Under the pieces are notes generated by a model that worked only from the letters and a program-made list of their open reading frames with translations, did no database searches and was not told where the DNA came from. A stretch of DNA of 59,535 nucleotides, counting the filler. It is 6 parts of 6 records of this genome, joined end to end, with 100 filler letters (N's around TTAATTAATTAA, not from the genome) between each part and the next. Parts side by side here need not be neighbours in the genome. Positions count along the whole stretch, not along the records: positions 47,019 to 52,507 come from SRR2962707_4540; positions 52,608 to 59,535 come from SRR2962707_4545; 4 more parts are not named here. One strand, written 5' to 3'. This document shows, in pieces, positions 51,426 through 59,535 of the stretch (within the stretch, counting starts at the first letter, position 1; each line of letters opens with the position of its first letter). The translations under genes and the position numbers were made by a program.

Positions 51426-52187
51426 ATGACTTCTCAAACGACTGAAGCAACCGAAACTTCCGGCACAGCCGTTCCGGCCACCAAAGGCTCGGGCATCCAG
51501 GAATCAAAAGCCTCGGCAGTTGATGAGCTGGTTGACCACATTCGGACGCTGATTTCGGAGGGCGGACTGAAGGTTGGCGACAGCCTCCCGACCGAGAAAG
51601 AGCTGTGCGAGCGTTTTCATGCCGGCCGCAATACGGTGCGCGAGGCCATGCGCATTCTCAAGACCTACGGGGTCGTCAAGGTTCGCCCGAAAGTCGGCGC
51701 CGTCATCATCGACGAGCGGATGGCGCGGGCATTCGACCTGTTTGCATTCAACACACTTGAGGTGTCGCGGGAGACATTTGTCGACATCCAGGGATTTCGC
51801 AGCCTGCTTGAAGTGGCCTCGTTCGAAACCCTGTTTGACAGGGTCACACCGGAAGACATTGCCGATCTGCATCAGGTGAACAAGGAATTCCTGGCCGCCA
51901 AAACGGCGGTAGACGCGTCGGAGATCGACTTCCGCTTTCACACTCGCCTGGTGGCGGTGATGGGAAACAAGGCGATCCTCGACGTCTACAAGATCATGAA
52001 GCCGGTGATCATGAAAATCATGCTGAAGGCGAAAACCGTCCAGACCTTCTCGACCGTCACATACTCGGAGCATGCCGAGATTCTGGAGACACTCGAGCGA
52101 CGGGACCGGACGGCCTACCAGTACAAGATGAAATCGCATCTGGACGCCGGTTTCCGGCATTTCGAGACTGTGAAACAGCCAGCATAA
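51426..52187 (+). CDS. GntR/FadR-family regulator
   Basis: GDSLPTEKEL...RNTVREA; FCD domain D.RFH..GN..EH. Confidence 0.92.
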   Translation: MTSQTTEATETSGTAVPATKGSGIQESKASAVDELVDHIRTLISEGGLKVGDSLPTEKELCERFHAGRNTVREAMRILKTYGVVKVRPKVGAVIIDERMARAFDLFAFNTLEVSRETFVDIQGFRSLLEVASFETLFDRVTPEDIADLHQVNKEFLAAKTAVDASEIDFRFHTRLVAVMGNKAILDVYKIMKPVIMKIMLKAKTVQTFSTVTYSEHAEILETLERRDRTAYQYKMKSHLDAGFRHFETVKQPA

Positions 52188-52288
52188 AACCCGCGCGACG
52201 GGCGACCGTCGACCGGCTGAGGAGATGATCGTCACACATCGTGGCATCTGGGAGGGTGCGATGAAGCACCGTAAGAGGAGGAACTGAT

Positions 52289-52507
52289 ATGAAATTAGGA
52301 ACAGTCATTTCGACAGCAATCATGGGCCTGATGCTGTCTACCAGCCTGTCGCTGGCCGGCCCCGAAACAGTGTCTGGTCCGGGCGCAAACCCCGAGTGTT
52401 TCGCGCCATGGGATGCGGACACCAAATACATGCAATGGTCGGCCAAGGAAGGTCCTTACAAGATTGCCGTGGTCAACGGCTTTGTCGGCAATGGCTGGCG
52501 CATCCAG
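52289..52507 (+). CDS. Sugar-type ABC transporter periplasmic binding protein, 3'-truncated
   Basis: RBS GAGGAG, signal peptide, then GPYKIAVVNGFVGNGWRIQ. Confidence 0.75.
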
Positions 52508-52607
52508 NNNNNNNNNNNNNNNNNNNNNNNNNNNNNNNNNNNNNNNNNNNNTTAATTAATTAANNNNNNNNNNNNNNNNNNNNNNNNNNNNNNNNNNNNN
52601 NNNNNNN
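52508..52607. other. Artificial contig spacer
   Basis: N44-TTAATTAATTAA-N44. Confidence 0.99.
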
Positions 52608-52634
52608 GCAGCAGCAGCAGCAGCAGCAGCAGCA
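52608..52634 (+). repeat. (CAG)n microsatellite, polyQ in the coding frame
   Basis: gcagcag... at the contig start; reads Q9 in the frame of the long ORF. Confidence 0.9.
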
Positions 52635-55548
52635 AACTAGTGTTGTTGACGAGCAGGGGCTTGCGCTTGTGGTTCACTCGGATCTCGACCATGGCGCCGA
52701 GTACGTGGAGACCCAACTGTTGAAGCGAGCATCGAGAGTTCGTGATCAATGGCTTGTGTTCGATTCTTTTCGCAAGCTTCACGCCGAAGCCTTGATCAAG
52801 ACTACGTGCGAGACTTTTGAGGCTGTCATCGGATCTGATGTGGGCACCAACTTGTGGAAGTATACCACACTTCGGACACTTCAAACTGGCCAAGTGCTGT
52901 GCAAACAAGGGACCATAAACAGCACTCTTTTCGTCCTACAAGAAGGGGTTTTGACGTCTTTCATTACTGACCGCAGCGGCAAACGTCGACGTATTCACAA
53001 AATGACTCGCGGGGCTTTTGTAAATGATGAATGTTTGATCCTTGATCTCCCTGTGCCGTTCAGTGTGGTAGCCAATCGGCGATGTGTGCTTTGGGCCATC
53101 AGTCGTGCGAGTATGAAGCATATGGAGGCTCACGATCCCCATCTTGCATTAGAAATTCTGAGAAAAGTGTTGGCGCACACTTCCATCGTGCGTTCACGGT
53201 TGGAGCGTGAAGTGAAAGCCGTTCAGAGCAGCCTGGGCACTGACGATGCTGTTACGCCGCGCCGTCTGCAGTCAACCTCATCCGCAACGACTATGGAGGC
53301 CTCACACAAACTTGGAAGGTCTATTCTTAAAACTGCGCGGTCTTCTGGGTTTGGAGAAGATGAAGAAGAGGACATAATTATGGCCATTAGTGCAATGGAA
53401 GCCACGCGCAACAGCAGTGATGAACTGGTTGCGCACGAATCCGGGCAGGCCGTGGGATGGGCATCCGGAGATAAGCATCGTCATCATTTTCGTCATCTTC
53501 ACGTACCGTCACCGTCGTCCCCCCGACTGGAGCCTCATGGGCGTCCCCCTCTGTCTCCTGGACAAGCTGCTCGAGTTCAACAAGAGCTCGCGCAATTTCG
53601 TCCCCACCTCTCAAAACATATGGAAGAGGATGCACGCAGATGTTTTTTCTATCACGCCCAACGTGTGCCACTTGATGAAGAGGATGACGAAGGCGTCTCC
53701 TCTGAAGCCTTTTTGACAAACGATGCTCGCGCTGACCGCCACGCAGCTATATCAGCAGCGGCAGCTGCAGCTGACAGTGCAGGCGTGCACGATCATCAGC
53801 ATAGCCATGCTGCAGCAGTGGCATCTGCCAAAGGCCAGATGCTGCCGTTGAGTGAGCTTGAGAAAGCGGTCATGGATTTGGGTGTATTCCCATCACATGA
53901 TGAAATCGAAACAATGCACTTGCAGCTGTCAAAAAGAGAGCATCGAACAACTGGCGGAGGTCGTTTGGCGGTTCCCAGCAGCTTGAGTGGGTGCGTATGA
54001 GTGGCTGCATAAAAATGCTGGGTCGCACCGCTGGATAGCGCTTTGTGTGGCATGGAACAGGCTTCTTATGGCGGTGTTATCTGTTGCTCGTTTGCTCAAG
54101 GTTGTCTGACGAAGAGGGGTACGTTGACCTCGAAGAGTTCCTTGAAATGATTCGACTTCTAAAGCTTGCCCACATCGATAATGATGCCAAGCGAGAGCTG
54201 TACAAAATGTACCGACGCGTCTGCAATGATGAGGGTACGTGTGTGGTGCCGAGAATAGTTGCAACGATGCTGCTTTTCTTCTCATCATGTGGTTTGCGAC
54301 TGATTGTCAATCGCTGTTGTTATCGGTCCAGGACTGCTCTCCCGTGACAACTTATCGGAGCTCATGACATCGCTTGGACATCCCGAGGACGAAGTAGAGT
54401 TGGAGTCATTGATGCACAATTGGGATGTCAAGGGTCGCCAAGGGTTCTTGGACTTCGACGCCTTTTTATCAATCGTTTCTGCCACCCTCAAGGTTCTACT
54501 ATTTTTGGTGCCCTTTGCTTCGTTTGAAGAATGAATTGATGGGTCGTTGCTCGCGCGTCGATGTTCAATTTTGCATTTTGAATGTGCATGTTAGGCTGAG
54601 GAACTACAGGTCCAATGCGAAGAAGATTTCAAACTCTTCATCCCGCAACTGCAAGACTCCTCATATAATTTCCGAACTGGGAACGGTGCAGAGTCCAAAG
54701 TAAGGGTCCATGGACACGGGGCCATTCCTCGGAAAGTTAAAACTTCCCAAAAAAATGAAGGATCGACTTCAAAGTCAAAGTCCCAGGGCGGAGCTGAGGA
54801 ACTGAAGTATCTCATCACTGTCAATGATCTTCTTCGAGTATTTTCAGACGTTCGTAAGCATGAATCTCACATATTTTTAGGCTCAATGCAGCTGCTGCTG
54901 GAAGTTTAAACGTTCTGTCCTGCGCTGTGCAGCTGCGCCTTCATTTGTCACGTGAGGTTGCTGAAGAAATGTTGTTTGACGCGGACCTTAGCTCTTGTGG
55001 AGGTGTGGATTACGATGACCTCATAAGTTGCATCGAGACCATTGGTGAGTTTGCCGTGGCAGTGGATTCGCTGTGAACCAGAATTCTTTCGTCGCTGCTT
55101 CCTGCTCACTTGGCTGGGCGGCTTGGGGACGTTTTTGATCGTAGGAACTGATGAAGTGTATCGTGCGATGAAGACCAATCGGACTGGTTTGCGCGCAATT
55201 CAAGAGGCAAAGATGGGAGATAAGTTTAAAGTGGCCATGGATTCTGCTGCACAGGTTGACCAATCTCCCATTGCTGGTGCTGTGCACAACGGTGTTTCAC
55301 CGGCAGTGCAGTCAACAACGTCGCCACTCAATCTGCCGGCCACAACCGAAGGTCCGGTTTTTGAAAAAGCCCTTTTCTGTTTGCACTGCCACCTTCGTGC
55401 TTTGGGTCACGCGTTCCGTTCTATTCCACTTTGAAAGCTTTTTTTGAACTACGTGTCAGATTCCTTCACGGCACCGCTTCAACTCGGAAGCCCAGTCATC
55501 AGGATGAATTCAGCGAGTGCAGTGAGTCGCAGTCTTCGACAACCGTAG
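52609..55548 (+). CDS. Eukaryotic spliced gene, 5'-truncated: cNMP-binding-like domain plus calmodulin-like EF-hand region
   Basis: Predicted GT-AG introns at 53991-54100, 54235-54331, 54493-54594, 54850-54932, 55045-55144 and probably 55352-55459 all join the exons in frame. Product contains GQVLCKQG..LFVLQEG..SVVA, GYVDLEEFL, GFLDFDAFL, ITVNDL and EEMLFDAD..GGVDYDDL. Confidence 0.75.
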
Positions 55549-55667
55549 CTCTTGAAAATGTTTGGTAAATTATTGAGTCGAAATTCAGTGCACTTGTCAT
55601 GAGCATGAGCAGTCATGCTCGAGACTACAAATGCGCCCCTTGCGTTCTGTGCACAAAATCCAATTCT

Positions 55668-58600
55668 TCAGGAATCCGGGCTGGAGGCATTCGGAAACAC
55701 TCGCGAGCCATCTTTGCTAACTCTCCCGTGACTTGATCGCATTGAGGGAACGCATCCTCGGGGTGTACCTGGAGCAGCACGGCAGCATGCGGCCATGTGC
55801 GTGTCTGGAGCTGCTTTTACGACACGCCCAGCAATACTTTGTCTGCCAACGCAAGTTACAAGAGAAAGGCACGCATTTTACCTTCAGCAAGTTCACTTGT
55901 GAAAGCTCGTTGTCTATACTCGCGAGCTTCTGCAGGGCGTAGTCAAATTGGTGCTCGGTCGAAGTGTCCACCTTTGTCATCCGAAACAGCGGTCACGGAA
56001 GCTACAAAATATTTAATGCGGACTGAATGCGCATGCATGCTCAATGAACGTACTACTTCCACACGATTCCGCGACTCGGCTGGGGTCTCACCCCGACTGC
56101 GACCGGCAGGGGTGGAAATGCGTCCACGGCTCACGAGACCGGATCGACCAAAGTCGCCGACTATTGCGTGCACAGCTCGCAGATTATCGAGCATCGGATC
56201 ACGGCCTGCAAAATATTGCACAATCGGAATCAAACGACGAAATCGAAACTACGCTTGCTCCACCTAAACCTGGACTCACAAAGCACCCAAAGCAAAAAGT
56301 GATCACCTTTCAATCGTCTTTTGTCACTTGCAGGCTTTTTGCCGAAAGACCCACGGCCATACGGCAGCCCAGACGACCCAGCTTTAACTGGAGAAAACTG
56401 CTGATGCTTGGTTGGAGACGCGGTCCCAAACCGACCGGCAGCACGAGCTGTTGACATAGCAAGGCGGGTCAGAGCGTGTGCGGTTAGAACTGTAAAACAC
56501 CACAACAACATTGGCACGGGTAAATCTTGAGTGTGAAATTCGTTTGCTATACCTTCATCTTCCGCTTTCTGTGCAGCTGCTTTGGCATCCTCTATGGCTT
56601 TAACAGCTGCTCTTTCGGCTGCAAACTGCTTAGAAATGGCATCATCAATCAAAGGAAGCGTGCAGCGGTCTCTTGTGTAGCTGCAAACCAGACCAATGCC
56701 GAAGCCAAATTCGGAACAGTGAAGGACAGGAAGAAACAGAAGCACAAAAATCAATCCAGGAACGTCTAATGCCAGCGTCAATCCATCGCAATACCCCCAC
56801 TCGTGCACCAAGCACCAACACTGAAACGTACGAGCTTTCAATATAGTCGTCAAGCCAAGGTTTGTCATCGTCGTTCACAAAAGAGCTTCTCCCTGACTGT
56901 GGGAAATGAGTGGCGCCACTAAAACCTCCAGCTACTGGTGCAGTCTCTGATCGGGAGCCTTTTGCGCTCAGACGCCTTTTCATGTCCTGCACACGTTGTG
57001 AAAATTCGGATGGCTGCATGTTGCCGGATGCTGTCGCTGTCGATGGTGGTAGGAAGTGGTCAGCCAAAAAATGTACGTTTCGGTGATGAGCTGTAATGAA
57101 CTTGTCCTCAGCTGCCATGTCAATGCGTTTCAGCTTTTCGCGCAGCCCGTTCGAGAACGTAGCCCCACTGTAGAGACCACTCTCGTGCCGCACTTCGCCA
57201 TTGCGGTGGCGTTCAGATAAATTAATTTGGTGCCGGGCTTTCGACAGCAACCGCGCGGCTTTACCATCATGATTTGAAGACGTATTTGATTCCTAACACG
57301 GGCAGTGCAGCTTGCCGTAACATGTGCCGTGAGCCAACAAAGCAAGCAAATGTGATGGACGCAGCGGCAGGACTTACCCCCATGTCATGCGGTTGCACAA
57401 GATGCACTTTCCATTGCAGACGCTTCTCCCGCGTCGAATTCACGACGGTTTGCTCGCCAGAGTCCCAAGATGAATTGCCAGGCATTTTTAAAGGCACATC
57501 CAGGCATAAATTCTCTGTTTGTAAAACCTGGCAGAACTCGCTTTTGTCTCCACATGCAAGGGACCTGCAAACAGTGTTTCAAGGCGACCATGCAAACAAG
57601 TCAAAGCCGCATCAAATGTTGCTACTACGACCTGGGAGACGCGCTGCGACCGGCCAGAGCACAACCAGTGCCAAAAGACACGTTCGAAATGAGCTGAACG
57701 TACAAATTGTCCTGTTGCAGGTAAACTACATCACCGTTTTGAATCTGGTTGTCGCCGGTGCGTCTCTTTTTCAACCTGCCTTGCACGGCTTCCCAGAAAG
57801 CACAAGCACATGAGATATTAACGCTACATATGCATCGACACTTAGTACGCAGCTGCCAGTATATTGGCACACGGGGGAACATGGTGCTGGAAGGAGTGTG
57901 AGGTGGCACGAACGAATAATATTCCATTTTCCAACAGCTCGTGCAGATGCGTTGTATCGCTGCCGGATCTGGTACGTCCGCGTGTTGACCCCATTTTTAT
58001 TGGTTCCAGCTTCCGACGTTATGTTTGTGACAATGCTGAAATCGGCTGGAATAAACGCCGGTACGCTACGGCGCACCTGTGGGACCAAGTCGAGATCCAA
58101 ACAAAAGCAAGCATGTGGAAGGTGTCACGTAAACACAGGTGCAATTTGAGACACACAGCATACATACCATACACCGCAAAAATCATGGGAGCGCCAAAAA
58201 AGCATATCGAGGCGCATCAAGACACTTCCGCACCTGGTCTGATTTGCGATCTTCTTCCTGCAGAGTCGACTCCTTCACCTTCTTGGCCAACGTGTAGTGA
58301 CGCAGGGTAGTACCAACGACAGCACCACGACGTTCTAAGTATGGGATGTCTGCGGAGTTGTGATTAATTTTCATGCGGCGCTTTTGCTCATAAATTTTGA
58401 GCCATATTTTGGACTTGAAGGTCACAGGCGAACTATCGTTTAGATTGTTGAGATTCACCACCTGCACGGATTACGGCAATGATACAAGCATGAAGTGTCG
58501 CGCCACAGCGCATCCAGTTGCATCAAGCGGTCGAAGCATCGGGCTTTCTTCTTGACAGATCTAGAAACTGCAAATAGAATACCTGGAACACGCGTTGTCC

Positions 58601-59535
58601 TTCTGGGGCATTGTAGCGGGTGATTGACAGAGACTTGTTCTCGTAGTCCGCCGTCAGGTAGGCTCGGTCATCGTTAATTTGGCTCAGCATCACGTAACTG
58701 CCAAAGTACAACTTGGCCGTGCTTGAAGAAGACACCAAATCGGTGTCTGGGTTAAAATTTGGCACCAGCCGCTCGTTACAAACTCGTTTTGAAAGTGCTT
58801 GAGCACGGGAAACGTTTAGCGAACTCTCGCCGAACATGCTTGCCTCAATATTTCCCTTGAGATGCCGATCTCGGCTCTCTGTGTCTTTGTACGCGACAGA
58901 GCCCATATATCTGGTCATCCAATGTAAAGGGAAGAATCACAAGTTCAAAGCAGGAAGGGGCTGCGAGCAAGGGAAGCAGTGATCGAACATTAGCTATTGG
59001 TGTACGCACTGAATTGCAGCAGCTGCATGCTTCACAGGTTGCATTTTTACGTTGAGGCTGTCATTGATAGGCGGCGGTCGCTCCAATGCCCCGCTGTGGT
59101 CGAGCTCCAACACTCGCCGAAGCGGTACAACTCCAGTCGCAGCCTTTCGAGACCGATCGTCAAGCTTCGACACGGTTGCCCAAAGGGGGCCTTCGTTGCG
59201 AGAGAACGTTCTCGGGTCTCGCCCCCGCTTGACCGCTTGGTGATAGCGGTGATGCCGAGCTGCCGCCTGCTTGGCTTTGGTCACTGCTTCCGACTCTTTC
59301 TTCGCCGGCGAGTAGCTGTCCGAGGTACCAAGTTTCTCCCCTCGCATGGAGAAATTATCAGCCATAACTGCCTCGACCTTCAGTCGGAACTGCCTGGCAA
59401 GCACCGCCTTCCGGTGCTGGATGCCTGGCAAAGCATTGTCGCCTTTGGCCCCACTGAGCAGTGAAGTTGGAGCAGGGAGAGACGAATGGCGCATGTGCCC
59501 ACCGGCTCCTTCTCCTCCTCCTCCTCCTCCTCCTC
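55668..59535 (-). CDS. Eukaryotic multi-exon gene(s), hypothetical protein, 5'-truncated
   Basis: Chain of minus-strand ORF segments. Introns 58462-58582 (RVFQ|VVNL) and 58077-58233 (KSDQ|VRRS) join them in frame. Remaining boundaries and the stop at 55668 are tentative. Confidence 0.55.
59506..59535. repeat. (CTC)n microsatellite at the window end (polyE on the minus strand)
   Basis: ctcctcctc... run. Confidence 0.9.

Noticed and set aside
52289-54000. Bacterium-to-eukaryote gene transfer, or any operon spanning the spacers
   Set aside because: Adjacency across linkers is artificial; composition and gene style change at each junction.

Overview
This window is not one locus. It is a concatenation of six unrelated contigs joined by 100-nt artificial spacers (N44-TTAATTAATTAA-N44), so no gene neighbourhood can be read across a spacer. 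Contig 1 (1-6363, high-GC alphaproteobacterium): end of an allantoin/purine catabolic operon, otsBA trehalose synthesis with an EcfG-type promoter, a ketopantoate reductase-family gene and a DEAD-box helicase. Contig 2 (6464-21383, Rhodobacteraceae-like): acs-adk, a membrane-anchored DEDDh exonuclease homologue missing most catalytic residues, a ~10-kb LacI-associated operon headed by a 1,5-anhydro-D-fructose reductase homologue, and partial glnE. Contig 3 (21484-36603, Rhodobacteraceae-like core): rpmA, obgE, proBA, chpT, olsBA, trmJ, ctaA, M32 peptidase and gyrA. Contig 4 (36704-46918): TCA/ethylmalonyl-CoA cluster (sucC, mdh, mcl2, mch, sdhCDA) with two glycosyltransferases between mdh and sucC, and a tandem GTGATCAC motif shared by the sucC and sdhC promoters. 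Contig 5 (47019-52507): pimCD-like acyl-CoA dehydrogenases, oxidoreductases, TetR-SMR, GntR and an ABC binding protein. Contig 6 (52608-59535) is eukaryotic, with two convergent intron-containing genes; one encodes a cNMP-binding-like plus calmodulin-like protein. I saw no rRNA, tRNA, CRISPR array, transposase or phage gene. Family assignments come from motifs and remembered sequences; no database search was run.
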